From NCBI GenBank assembly GCA_041394685.1, contig JAWKHU010000038.1, forward strand, positions 130,087-194,086: a DNA stretch of 64,000 nt. Direction: 5' to 3'. Below the pieces are notes generated by a model. That model was not told where the DNA came from. It made no database searches and saw only the letters and a program-made list of their open reading frames with translations. The translations under genes and the position numbers were made by a program. The stretch's first letter is position 1; each line of letters opens with the position of its first letter. The stretch comes from Vicinamibacterales bacterium. Lineage in GTDB: Bacteria; Acidobacteriota; Vicinamibacteria; Vicinamibacterales; UBA2999. Shown here one piece after another: positions 39,552 to 48,889 of the stretch.

Positions 39552-40625
39552 CGAGGATACAGGGAGTGCCCGACCTGGGACCTGGGCTCAGGCTGCACCT
39601 GAACGAGAACACCGGCGGCTGTTCGCCGCGCGTGGTGGAGGCCGTCCGCGGATTCACCGCGGAGCGCCTGGCGCTGTGCCCGGACTTCACCGACGCCGTC
39701 ATGGAAACGGCCGCCTTCCTCGGGGTGGACGCCGACCGCCTGGTGCTCACCAACGGGTTGGACGAGGGCATCCTGCTCGCGTCGATCGCCTACACGGTGC
39801 CGCGCGCGCCGGAAGCACTCGTCGAGCTCGGCGCCCCGCTCGTGGTGCTGTCGGGTGTGCCGGAGGTCGTCGTGGCGCTGCCGACCTTCGAGCCGTACTG
39901 CACGCAGCCAGGGGCATGGGGGCGCGCGTCGTCTCGGTGCCCGCCGCGCCCGACTACGCGTTTCCACTCGAGGGCATGCTGCGGGCCATCACGCCGAACA
40001 CGCGGCTCGTCTACGTGAACTCTCCGAACAACCCCACCGGCCAGGTGGTCCCCGCCGACGCCATTCGCGCGGTGGCGGCCGCGGCCGGCCACGCTCTGGT
40101 GTTCGTGGACGAGGCGTAGCCCACGACTTCGCCGGCGAGAACTTCCTCGCCGAGGCGGCCGCGTTCCCCAACGTGCTGATCGGACGGACGTTCTCGAAGG
40201 CGTTCGGCCTGGCGGGCATGCGCGTCGGGGTGATGGCGGCGTCGCCGGCCGTGCTGGAGCCCATCCGGCGCGTCATGCCGCTCTTCAACCTGAACGTGGT
40301 CGCCGTGGCGGCGCTGCGGGCGGCGTTGGCCGATCCCGACTACCGGGCGTGGTATCTCGAGCAGGCCGCGGCGTCGAAGGCCCTCGTCTACGAGACGTGC
40401 GAGCGCCTCGGTCTTCGCTGCTGGCCGAGCGCGGCCAACTTCGTCCTGATCGATGGCGGCGACCGGGCAAGAGCGCTCGTCGCCGGCCTGATCGCGCGCG
40501 GCGTGTTCGTTCGCGACCGCACCGCCGATCCCTCGTGCCCGAACTGCTTCCGGCTGACGGCCGGCGTGGTCGAGCACACCCGGCGTGCCGTGGAGGCACT
40601 GGAGGCCGTATGCGCCGCGGCGTGA
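39548..40625 (+). CDS. hisC: Histidinol-phosphate aminotransferase (two single-base frame breaks near 39900 and 40115)
   Basis: ATGA overlap with hisD. Pieces are [25 protein letters not shown], and in a third frame [15 protein letters not shown] (the PLP-Lys motif). The length of 1078 nt equals 1080 minus 2. Confidence 0.8.
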
Positions 40626-41197
40626 CCGACCGCCGCACGGCGGAAACCCAGATTCGTGTCTCTATCTCGCTGGACGGGACGGGACGCTTCGACAACCGCA
40701 CGGGCATCCGCTTCCTGGACCACATGCTGGATCTCGTGGCACGGCACGGCGGTTTCGACCTGTCGGTGCGGGCGACCGGGGACCTGGACGTGGACCAGCA
40801 CCACACCGTCGAGGACGCGGGGATTGCCCTGGGCGAGGCGGTCTCGAAGGCGCTGGGCACGCGGCGCGGCATCAACCGGGCCGGCTACTTCGTCATGCCG
40901 ATGGACGAAACGCTGGCCGTGGCCGCCATCGACCTGAGCGGCCGGCCGCACACCGTCGTGGACACGCGCGTACGGGTCCGCCTGGTTGGGGACCTGCAGA
41001 CGGAGCTGGTGTACGACTTCTTCGAGGGCTTCGCGATGGGCGCGCGTGCCAACGTGCACCTGAAGGTGCTGTATGGCCGCTCGAACCATCACAAGATCGA
41101 GGCCTGCTTCAAGGCCTTCGGCCGCGCACTGCGCGTGGCCTGCGCGAAGGACAAGCGGCTGGCGAAGATGCTGCCCAGCACGAAAGGGCTGCTGTGA
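40610..41197 (+). CDS. hisB: Imidazoleglycerol-phosphate dehydratase
   Basis: Intact 195 aa: [49 protein letters not shown] and [16 protein letters not shown]. Confidence 0.9.
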   Translation: MRRGVTDRRTAETQIRVSISLDGTGRFDNRTGIRFLDHMLDLVARHGGFDLSVRATGDLDVDQHHTVEDAGIALGEAVSKALGTRRGINRAGYFVMPMDETLAVAAIDLSGRPHTVVDTRVRVRLVGDLQTELVYDFFEGFAMGARANVHLKVLYGRSNHHKIEACFKAFGRALRVACAKDKRLAKMLPSTKGLL

Positions 41198-41829
41198 TTG
41201 CACTGGTCGACTACGGCGCCGGCAACCTTACCTCGGTGCGCAAGGCGCTCGGCGCCATCGGTGCGTCGTTCTGGACGCCCGCGGCGCCGTCGGAGATTGC
41301 CGATGCGGCAGCGGTGGTCGTACCCGGGGTCGGGCACTTCAGCGCCACAGCGGCGCTGGACGAACCGTGGCGCGACGCGATTCGACGCGCACTTGCCGGC
41401 GGACGCCCGCTGCTCGGCATCTGCGTCGGCCTGCAGTGGCTGTTCGACGGCTCCACCGAGGCGCCAGACGTCCCCGGTCTTGGCGTGGTCGCGGGCACGT
41501 GCCGCCACCTGGGCGACCGGGACCCGGACGCGCGGACGGATGCCGGCGCCGACGGACTGAAGATTCCGCACGTCGGCTGGAACGACCTCACGTTCCCTCG
41601 CCCCACGCGCCTGTTCGACGGCCTCGCCGATGGCACGCAGGTGTACTTCACGCACTCGTTCGCGGCGCCCGTGGTGGCCGCGACCGCGGCCGTCACCACT
41701 TACGGCGTCGCGTTCAGCGCCGCCGTCGAGGACGGCCTGGTGTCCGGCGTGCAGTTCCACCCCGAGAAGTCCGGCGACGCGGGGCTTCGCATCCTGCGCA
41801 ACTGGGCCGCTGATACGGGCCGCAGATGA
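41194..41829 (+). CDS. hisH: Imidazole glycerol phosphate synthase, glutamine amidotransferase subunit
   Basis: The GTG start overlaps the hisB stop (GTGA). Motifs are [33 protein letters not shown] and VQFHPEKSG. The stop TGA (41827..41829) lies inside the first repeat unit. Confidence 0.85.
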   Translation: MIALVDYGAGNLTSVRKALGAIGASFWTPAAPSEIADAAAVVVPGVGHFSATAALDEPWRDAIRRALAGGRPLLGICVGLQWLFDGSTEAPDVPGLGVVAGTCRHLGDRDPDARTDAGADGLKIPHVGWNDLTFPRPTRLFDGLADGTQVYFTHSFAAPVVAATAAVTTYGVAFSAAVEDGLVSGVQFHPEKSGDAGLRILRNWAADTGRR

Positions 41830-42149
41830 CGCAGATAGCGCAGATGGCGCAGGGGCCGCAGATGACGCAGATGGCGCAGGGGCCGCAGATGGCGCAGATG
41901 ACGCAGAGGAGGCAGAGGAGGCAGAGGCGGCAGAGGCGGCAGAGGAACCTCGGGAGGGGACTCGAGGCGGCCAGGACCTCTCTGTCGGCTCCACATGCAT
42001 TGATGACGATGACGCCTACGCCCTCACCCTCTGGTCTTGATCCGTGGCATCCGTGGCATTCGCGCCCTCTGCGCTATCTGCGTCATCTGCGGCCTCCGCG
42101 CCCTCTGCGGCCTCTGTGCCATCTGCGGCCTCTGCGCCATCTGCGGCTC
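41822..42149. repeat. Inverted-arm tandem 9-mer element filling the hisH-hisF spacer (14 units, ~92-nt core, 12 inverted units)
   Basis: The left arm at 41822..41947 is GCAGATGAC GCAGATAGC GCAGATGGC GCAGGGGCC ... GCAGAGGCG GCAGAGGAA. The right arm at 42042..42149 is CCGTGGCAT CCGTGGCAT TCGCGCCCT CTGCGCTAT CTGCGTCAT CTGCGGCCT ... CTGCGCCAT CTGCGGCTC, the reverse-complement family. It is the same family as 7242..7385. Confidence 0.9.
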
Positions 42150-42163
42150 CAGGGATCGCGCTG

Positions 42164-42928
42164 ATGCTGTCCAAGCGCATCATTGCCTGTCTCGACGTCC
42201 GCGACGGTCTCGTCGTCAAGGGCATCAACTTCGAGGGGCTCCGCGAGGCGGGCGATCCGGCTGCCCTCGCGCGACGCTACAACGTCGAGGGCATCGACGA
42301 GATCGTGATCCTCGACGTGACGGCCACCATCGAGGCCCGCCAGGCGCGGGCGCACACCATTGCGGCCGTCGCTGGGGAGATCTTCCTGCCGCTCTGTGTC
42401 GGCGGCGGCATCCGCACCGAAGACGACGCCGCGGCGGCGGTCGAGGCGGGGGCCGACAAGGTGAGCCTCAATACTGCGGCGCTGCAGAACCCGGCGCTGA
42501 TCACGACGCTGGCGCGGCGCTACGGCAGCCAGGCGGTCATCGTCGCCGTGGACGCCAAGCGCCAGGACGGCCGGTTTGCCGTCTACGCGCGGAGCGGACA
42601 GGCCGAGACGCCGAAGGACGCCGTGGACTGGGCGCGGGAGGCGACCGATCGCGGCGCCGGAGAGATTCTGCTGACCTCGATCGACAAGGACGGTACGCGC
42701 AGCGGGTTCGACTGCGAGATGACGGCGGCGGTGTCGTCGGCGGTCAACATCCCGGTCATCGCCTCCGGCGGCGCCGGCAGCTTCGCGCACTTCGCCGAGG
42801 TGTTCACCGACGGCCGCGCGGACGCGGCGCTGGCGGCGTCCATCTTCCACTTCAACGAGCACAGCGTCGAGGCACTGAAGCAGTTCCTCCACGCGCGCCA
42901 CATCCCCGTACGGTTGCCCCCATGCTGA
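42164..42928 (+). CDS. hisF: Imidazole glycerol phosphate synthase, cyclase subunit
   Basis: MLSKRIIACLDVRDGLVVKGINFEGLREAGDP..., motifs GGGIRT and ASGGAG. The ORF-track start at 42044 is read-through of the repeat. Confidence 0.9.
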   Translation: MLSKRIIACLDVRDGLVVKGINFEGLREAGDPAALARRYNVEGIDEIVILDVTATIEARQARAHTIAAVAGEIFLPLCVGGGIRTEDDAAAAVEAGADKVSLNTAALQNPALITTLARRYGSQAVIVAVDAKRQDGRFAVYARSGQAETPKDAVDWAREATDRGAGEILLTSIDKDGTRSGFDCEMTAAVSSAVNIPVIASGGAGSFAHFAEVFTDGRADAALAASIFHFNEHSVEALKQFLHARHIPVRLPPC

Positions 42929-43644
42929 TTCCGTCCATCGACCTCCAGAACGGCCGCGTCGTGCAGCTCGTGCAGGGCGAGACGCTGGCCATTGCGAGCG
43001 ATGACATCGATGCCTGGATCGCGAAGTTCTCGCGCTTCCCGAAGGTGCAGCTCATCGATCTCGACGCCGCGATGTCCCGCGGCAACAACGATGCACTCGT
43101 GCGGCGGATCGCGGCCGTCCTGCCCTGCCGCGTCGGCGGCGGCGTGCGCACGGTGGGCCGCGCCGAGGAACTGCTGGCGGCGGGCGCGCAGGCGGTCATT
43201 GCCGGGTCGGGCCTCTTCCGCGGACCGGGCCAGTGGGGCGATGCGTCCGGCGGGGCGCCGCCGCCTGCCGCGGTGGTCAACCACGAGTTCGCCGAGGCGC
43301 TCGCCACCACCGTGGGTGCCGATCGCGTGATCGCCGCGGTGGACGCGCGCGGCGGCCGCGTGGTCATTCATGGGTGGAAGACGGCGCTTCCATTGAGCCC
43401 GGTGGACGCGGTGCAGCTACTGGACCGCCACTGCGGCGAGTTCCTCTACACGCACGTGGACAAGGAAGGGCTGATGCAGGGCACCGACATGGACGCCATC
43501 CGCGCGGTGCGCGACGCGACGAGCCGCCGCGTCACCGCGGCCGGGGGCATCACCACGCAGGAGGAAATCGCCGCCCTCGACGCCCTCGGCGTCGACGCGG
43601 TCGTCGGGATGGCGATCTATACGGGCACATTGGCGGTCGATTGA
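42922..43644 (+). CDS. hisA: HisA-type ProFAR isomerase (HisA/HisF family TIM barrel)
   Basis: The start overlaps the hisF end. Sequence is MLIPSIDLQNGRVVQLVQGE, then LIDLDAA, GGGVRT, YTHVDKEGLMQG and AAGGITT. 240 aa. Confidence 0.8.
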   Translation: MLIPSIDLQNGRVVQLVQGETLAIASDDIDAWIAKFSRFPKVQLIDLDAAMSRGNNDALVRRIAAVLPCRVGGGVRTVGRAEELLAAGAQAVIAGSGLFRGPGQWGDASGGAPPPAAVVNHEFAEALATTVGADRVIAAVDARGGRVVIHGWKTALPLSPVDAVQLLDRHCGEFLYTHVDKEGLMQGTDMDAIRAVRDATSRRVTAAGGITTQEEIAALDALGVDAVVGMAIYTGTLAVD

Positions 43645-43646
43645 CT

Positions 43647-43681
43647 TTCTTAATTCTGAATTCTGAATTCTGAATTCAGAA
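43647..43681. repeat. Tandem 7-mer array, inverse orientation (TTCTGAA family, 5 units) ending in a 14-bp perfect palindrome
   Basis: TTCTTAA TTCTGAA TTCTGAA TTCTGAA TTCAGAA, starting 2 nt after the hisA TGA. The palindrome TTCTGAATTCAGAA is at 43668..43681. It lies between convergent genes. Confidence 0.9.
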
Positions 43682-44250
43682 GCGCCCCTGACCGCCTCGC
43701 TGAGCGTATCGAGCAGCACCTGATCGCGGGCTTCGGCACGGTCACCGGGCTGCGCGCCCCACGTTTCGTCCAGCGCCGTCATGGTCCTCGCGACGCATCC
43801 CGCGTCGCAGGGCGCCAGCCCCCGCTGCGTGCTGAGCGAAGAGGCCCGGGCGGAAAGGGCGGCGAACCAACGGTCGAACAGCGACGTCTCGTATTCGGCG
43901 GAGCGGTTGCCCGGCTCCCACTTCAGGAGCCGATCCATGGCCTGGACGACCTGCGGGTCCACGGGCTTGCGCTTGCTGAGCGTGACCGAGAACACGGTCG
44001 TCGGCTGGCCGGTGAACGGCGAGTTGGGCGCGCCGCCGCCGACCTGGGTGTCCACGGGCGCCTCGACGCGCTGCTTGACGTCCTCGAGCAGCGGGATGAT
44101 GGCGCGCGCGGCGTCGGTACGTGCAGCCAGCGTTGCGGTATCCACCTCGATCGGCGTCGGTTGCTGGGCCCGGGCGCGGGTGGCCAGGGGCGCTGCTGCC
44201 AGGGCGATGAACGCCGCGATCGTGATGGTCGAGACGGATGGCTGCCTCAT
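43655..44250 (-). CDS. Hypothetical secreted protein (3' end uncertain)
   Basis: The start is MRQPSVSTITIAAFIALAAAPLATRARAQQ (signal peptide). The ORF formally runs to 43417 through the 7-mer array and 228 nt antisense into hisA, which looks non-coding. The true stop is probably at or just after the repeat. Confidence 0.45.
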
Positions 44251-44342
44251 GCGTGAGCTCCTGACTTCCACTACACCATGATTTGGCAGGCCGGGGAAGA
44301 GAGACGGATCGAGGAGACGAGGCCCGCGGGTAGAATCCGCGG

Positions 44343-45089
44343 GTGGCCGTCGGCTACCGCCCGCTCCTGCAGACACAGCGCGACCTCTACGCCCTTCCGC
44401 GAGACCTGTCGCGGTTCCGCGCCTACCTTGCCACGCTGCGCGATGAGGCGACCGGCGAGATGGCGCTCCCGCTGTCGGCGATGAACCCCATGGGCAAGGA
44501 CCACGTGCCCGCGCTGCTGGACGCGTATCTCGCGCTCGGGGCCGACGACATCGGCGCCCGCGCCGCCGCGGAGGCCGGCGCTGTATCCGCCAGCGAACCC
44601 GGAGCGGTGGAGGCCACCCTGGTCGTCTCCGACGACCTGCACGGCGGCTGGACGAATCGGTGGGCCAGCGAGTTCGGCCATCGATTCGAGTGCCAGGCCA
44701 TGATCACGCGCGGATGGGCAGTGGGCATCCTGTGGACGTCCGAGCCGGCATCGGCCGACGCGGCCCGTCGGGCGGTGCTGACCGCCATCCACCGGTTCGC
44801 CTACGTCCGCGCCCACGGGACGCCGACGACGCTGCGGGACATGCTCGCGCAGGAGGGCCACGTGATGGCACTCGGAGAGGACGCCACTCCCCGTCTCGAC
44901 GCCGAGGACCTGGCCTACACACGCGAGGTGATTGGCCCCCACCTCGACGCCACGGATCGCGCCACGCAGATGGCGTGCTGCTTCGGCGACGCCTGCGCCC
45001 GCGCACTGGGTTACGACCCCATGGGGCTGTCGGACCGCGCGGGCTTCGCGCTGGCCCTGGCCGACTACGCCGCGGTCCGATCGCGATAG
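44343..45089 (+). CDS. Conserved-looking hypothetical protein
   Basis: Intact 248-aa ORF with GC3-rich codon usage and a balanced composition. No family recognised. Confidence 0.55.
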   Translation: MAVGYRPLLQTQRDLYALPRDLSRFRAYLATLRDEATGEMALPLSAMNPMGKDHVPALLDAYLALGADDIGARAAAEAGAVSASEPGAVEATLVVSDDLHGGWTNRWASEFGHRFECQAMITRGWAVGILWTSEPASADAARRAVLTAIHRFAYVRAHGTPTTLRDMLAQEGHVMALGEDATPRLDAEDLAYTREVIGPHLDATDRATQMACCFGDACARALGYDPMGLSDRAGFALALADYAAVRSR

Positions 45090-45127
45090 GCCGCGTTTTT
45101 CCTCGCCCGGAGCTGGAGGCTGACCTC

Positions 45128-47566
45128 ATGCACGCCGATCTCATCGCCGCCCTGCGATCGCTCTCCGGTTCGAAGACCTACTCGCTGGTCGCGCTGCTCG
45201 TGCTGGCGCTGGGCATCGGCTCCGCCACCGCCATCTTCTCCGTCGTGGACGCCGTCGTCATCCGCGCGCTGCCGTTCGACGAACACGACCGGCTCGTCGC
45301 CGTCGGCGAGCGCCACCCCCCGCGCCCGGGCGCGGAGCCCGCGTCGGATCCGCTGGCCCTCGACAGCGCCTCGCCGCAGAACTACCTCGACTGGGCCGAA
45401 CGCCAGGAGGTCTTCGAGTCCGTCGCGGCGCTCACGCGTGGAAGCGCGGTCCTCCAGGAGCCGGGAGCGGCACCCGAGGACGTGCCGGTGCTCCGCACGA
45501 CGGCTGGCTTCTTCGACGTCCTCGGCGTCTCGCTGGCGATCGGTCAGCCCTACGCGGCGGACAACGAAATCGACGGGCGCCATCGCGTCGTCGTCCTCAG
45601 CGACGGGTTCTGGCGTCAGCGCTTCGGCGGCGATCCCGCGGTCGTCGGCCGCACGCTTCCCCTCGACGGCGACAGGTTCGAGATCCTGGGCGTGACACCG
45701 CCCGGGTTCGCGTACCCGCTCGCATCGGGCCGGCCCACCGATCTGTACCTGCCCTACGTCGTCCCCGAGAGCGAGCGCATCCGCAGGCCAGGCTGGGTCA
45801 GCGTCTATCTCCAGACCATTGCCCGGCTCCGGCCCGGCGTGTCGATCACCCAGGCGCAGGCGCAGATGGATACCATCGCCGCCTCACTCACGGCGGAGCA
45901 CCCGGACTGGAACAAGGACTCCTTCGTCGGCGTGCGGCCGCTGCACGATCACATCGTCGGCGCGTCCACGCAGTCGTGGATGACGATGCTCCTGGCGGCC
46001 TCGGGCGTGCTGCTGGCCATCGTGTGTGTGAACGTGGCCATGCTGCAGCTGGCGCGAGCGTCAACCCGCACGCGCGATCTCGGGGTGCGGGCGGCGCTCG
46101 GTGCGGGCCGTGGGCGGCTGATCCGCCAGGTGCTGGTCGAGAACCTGATCCTCGCGCTTGCCGGGGCCGCCCTTGGCGCGCTGATCGCCTGGTGGGGCGT
46201 GTGGATCCTCAAGGCGGCCATGCCGGCCAGTGTGCCGCGCGTCAGCGCGATTGCGCTGAACCTGCGCGTGCTGGCCGTGACCGGCCTCACGTCCGTGCTG
46301 GCTGGCGTCGCCTTCGGCCTCGGCCCGGCCCTGCGCCTGTCGAGGCCGAACCTCGTGACGGTCCTGAAGAGCGGGGCTCGAGGCACGGCCGGACGGGAGC
46401 ATCATCGTACGCACGGCATCTTGATCGTGGCCGAGGTCGCGCTCGCGGTGGTGCTGCTCGTCGGCGCCGCGCTGTTCGCCGCGAGCTTTGCCCGCGTGGT
46501 GCGCATCGAGCCGGGATTCGACACGAGCCAGGTGCTCACCGCCCAGATCTACCCTCAGGACATCCTGCCGGGCCAGCCGCCGCCGGACATGCGGGCACAG
46601 TTGATGGAACTGGCGGACCGCGCCTCGACGGAACCCGGTGTCGTCGGCGCTGCCGTCGTCAACGGCGGCATCCCGCTCGGCGCCGGCATGTGGACGACGA
46701 CGCTGCGCGTGCCCGGACATGTCGTGGACGGGCCGTCCACGGTCAGCGTGCGCGTCGTCACCGCCGCCTATCACGACGTGCTGCGGATTCCACTCCGGAG
46801 CGGCCGCCTCTTCAGCGACGACGACCGCGAGGGCGCGCCGAGGGCGCTCATCATCAACGAGTCCGCCGCGCGCATGTTCTTTCCGTCGGAGTCGCCGCTC
46901 GGACGCACCGCCACCTTCTCCGATCAGCCATGGACGATCGTCGGCGTGGTCGGTGACATCCACCAGACCGACCTCGAGATCGACCCGCGGCCCGAGATCT
47001 ACGTGCCGCTCGCGCAGTTCGGCCAGGGCACGGGCGAACTGCTGATCCGGACCGCCGGCGACCCATTGGCCGTGCTGCCACGCATGCGGACCGTCGTGTC
47101 GCAGGTGCTGCCGGGCGTTCCGCTGCGGAACGTGCGCACCCTCGACCAGCTGCTGGCGGGCCGCCTGGCGCAGCGCAGCCTGAGCATGATGCTGTTCAGC
47201 CTCTTCGGCGTGCTGGGGCTGGTGATCTCGGCCGTGGGCATCTACGGGATGCTGGCGCAGGTCGTCACCGATCGCACGCGGGAGATCGGCGTGCGCATGG
47301 CACTCGGGGCGTCGCGAGGGTCGGTGGTCCTCATGGTGACGCGGCGGGCTGGGGCACTGGTGGCGCTGGGGCTGGCGGCGGGCAGCGCGCTGGCCTGGTC
47401 CGCGGCCGACGGCGCGCAGCCCTTCCTCTACGACCTGGAGGCCACCGACGCCAAGGCGTTTGCCGTCTCCCTCGGGATCCTGGCGATGGCCGCCGTCGCG
47501 GCGTCGGCCATCCCGGCCCGTCGCGCGGCCAGCGTGGACCCGGCGGAGGCGCTGCGGGCCGAGTGA
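45128..47566 (+). CDS. ADOP-family duplicated MacB/FtsX-like ABC permease (second copy, orphan)
   Basis: GGAGG RBS. The start is MHADLIAALRSLSGSKTYSLVALLVLALGIGSATAIFSVVDAVV. Two FtsX modules are present, and the C-terminus is IPARRAASVDPAEALRAE. It is a paralogue of 1498..3891. Confidence 0.85.
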   Translation: MHADLIAALRSLSGSKTYSLVALLVLALGIGSATAIFSVVDAVVIRALPFDEHDRLVAVGERHPPRPGAEPASDPLALDSASPQNYLDWAERQEVFESVAALTRGSAVLQEPGAAPEDVPVLRTTAGFFDVLGVSLAIGQPYAADNEIDGRHRVVVLSDGFWRQRFGGDPAVVGRTLPLDGDRFEILGVTPPGFAYPLASGRPTDLYLPYVVPESERIRRPGWVSVYLQTIARLRPGVSITQAQAQMDTIAASLTAEHPDWNKDSFVGVRPLHDHIVGASTQSWMTMLLAASGVLLAIVCVNVAMLQLARASTRTRDLGVRAALGAGRGRLIRQVLVENLILALAGAALGALIAWWGVWILKAAMPASVPRVSAIALNLRVLAVTGLTSVLAGVAFGLGPALRLSRPNLVTVLKSGARGTAGREHHRTHGILIVAEVALAVVLLVGAALFAASFARVVRIEPGFDTSQVLTAQIYPQDILPGQPPPDMRAQLMELADRASTEPGVVGAAVVNGGIPLGAGMWTTTLRVPGHVVDGPSTVSVRVVTAAYHDVLRIPLRSGRLFSDDDREGAPRALIINESAARMFFPSESPLGRTATFSDQPWTIVGVVGDIHQTDLEIDPRPEIYVPLAQFGQGTGELLIRTAGDPLAVLPRMRTVVSQVLPGVPLRNVRTLDQLLAGRLAQRSLSMMLFSLFGVLGLVISAVGIYGMLAQVVTDRTREIGVRMALGASRGSVVLMVTRRAGALVALGLAAGSALAWSAADGAQPFLYDLEATDAKAFAVSLGILAMAAVAASAIPARRAASVDPAEALRAE

Positions 47567-47573
47567 TCGGCGA

Positions 47574-48854
47574 TCAGGCCGCGCGCTCGAGCACGTTCCC
47601 GCCGTAGCGCTCGACCCAGAGGCTGCCGATCAGCGCGAGCAGGCCGCAGGCCATCATCACGTAGGCGGGAGACACCGGCGTGCCCGTCCGCCCGATGAGC
47701 GTCGTCGCGACGAGCGGCGCGGTCCCGCTGAAGAGCGTGAAGCTCACGTTGAACGCCAGCGCCACGCCCGTGAAGCGGATGCGGGTGGGGAAGAGGTCGG
47801 TCAGCAGCACCGCGAACGATCCGTTGGTCAGCCCGGCGATCAGGCCGGCAGCCACGCACAGCAACGTCAGATCGATCGACCGGTCCGCGAGCGCGGCGTA
47901 GAAGGGCCACGCGAACGCGATCAGGAGCGCCACACCCGTCCGGAGCAGGTAGCGGGGCGCCACGCGGTCGGCCAGCCAGCCCACCGACAGGATGCCCGCC
48001 GCCGACGCCAGCACGCCCACCGTCTGGGAAAACACCGCCTGGCGCGGGTCGTAGGAGAGCACCGCCGTCAAGTACGCGGGCAGGTGCGAGAAGAACAGCC
48101 CGTTGAACGCGCCGGTGCCGGCCAGCAGCGCGCACCCGACGAGGACCTGCGCCGTGTGCGTGCGCAGCAGTTCACGGAAGGGTTGTCGCGACGCCAGGCT
48201 CTTCATCCGCTCGAACTCCGGCGACTCCTCGAGCGACCGCCGCAGCACGAAGCTCAGCACGCCCCCGAGCCCGCCCAGCACGAACGCGATGCGCCAGCCG
48301 TAGAGCGGCACCATCGCCGGGTCCAGGAAGGTCCGCACCGACAAACTCACCCCCGTGGCCACGGCCACCCCCATCGTCACGCACGCGAAGACCACGCCGC
48401 AGACGAAGGGGGCGATGCGCGGCGCGGTTTCGACGACGTAGGTGAGCGCGCCGGGCAGCTCGCCGCCGAGACAGAAGCCCTGGATGATGCGGAGCAGCAC
48501 CATGAGCAGGCTCGCCGCCACTCCCCACTGCGCGAAGGACGGCACGAGCCCCATGCCGAGCGTCGCGCCCGACATCACGAACACCGACCAGAGGAACACC
48601 GTCCGGCGTCCGTAGCGGTCGCCGTAGTGGGCCAGCACCACGCCGCCGATCGGACGCGCGAAGTAGCCGACCGCAAAGGTCCCGAACGACGCCATCAGCG
48701 AGGCCAGCGGGTCGGCGGCCGGAAACACCGCGTCGGCGATGTCCTTGGCGAAGATGCCGAAGATGACGAAATCGTAGAACTCCAGCGTGCCGCCCAGGCT
48801 GGCGAGCAGGACGATGCGCCAGCCGGCGGCGGTGATGCGGTCGGTCGGGGACAT
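47574..48854 (-). CDS. MFS transporter, metabolite:H+ symporter (ProP/KgtP-like) family
   Basis: The start is MSPTDRITAAGWRIVLLASLGGTLEFYDF. Motif GDRYGRR is present, with 12 predicted TM segments. Confidence 0.85.
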   Translation of the reverse strand: MSPTDRITAAGWRIVLLASLGGTLEFYDFVIFGIFAKDIADAVFPAADPLASLMASFGTFAVGYFARPIGGVVLAHYGDRYGRRTVFLWSVFVMSGATLGMGLVPSFAQWGVAASLLMVLLRIIQGFCLGGELPGALTYVVETAPRIAPFVCGVVFACVTMGVAVATGVSLSVRTFLDPAMVPLYGWRIAFVLGGLGGVLSFVLRRSLEESPEFERMKSLASRQPFRELLRTHTAQVLVGCALLAGTGAFNGLFFSHLPAYLTAVLSYDPRQAVFSQTVGVLASAAGILSVGWLADRVAPRYLLRTGVALLIAFAWPFYAALADRSIDLTLLCVAAGLIAGLTNGSFAVLLTDLFPTRIRFTGVALAFNVSFTLFSGTAPLVATTLIGRTGTPVSPAYVMMACGLLALIGSLWVERYGGNVLERAA

Positions 48855-48889
48855 GCAGCGAGGATTGTAACGGCTGGCCGCGCGGGGCG

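Noticed and set aside
42044-42163. A 40-aa Ser/Ala-rich N-terminal extension of HisF from the ATG at 42044, in frame through the right repeat arm.
   Set aside because: HisF is a cytoplasmic TIM-barrel enzyme whose conserved N-terminus (MLSKRIIACLDV) starts at 42164. The 9-mer array is stop-free in all three frames of that strand, so the open frame carries no information.
41808-42167. Calling the hisH-hisF element a MITE with a 9-bp target-site duplication (mobile_element).
   Set aside because: The direct repeat (CGCTGATAC/CGCTGATGC) is imperfect and is separated from the arms by 5 and 9 nt. No second copy with the same ends is visible in the window and no transposase is present. I kept it as a hypothesis inside a finding only.
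43417-43654. The 3' part of ORF 43417..44376, which overlaps hisA antisense by ~230 nt.
   Set aside because: Beyond the 7-mer array the translation turns into R/D/G/H-rich sequence typical of antisense read-through. A stop is available in the other two frames at the array (TTC TGA; ...AAT TAA), so a local indel probably hides the true stop.
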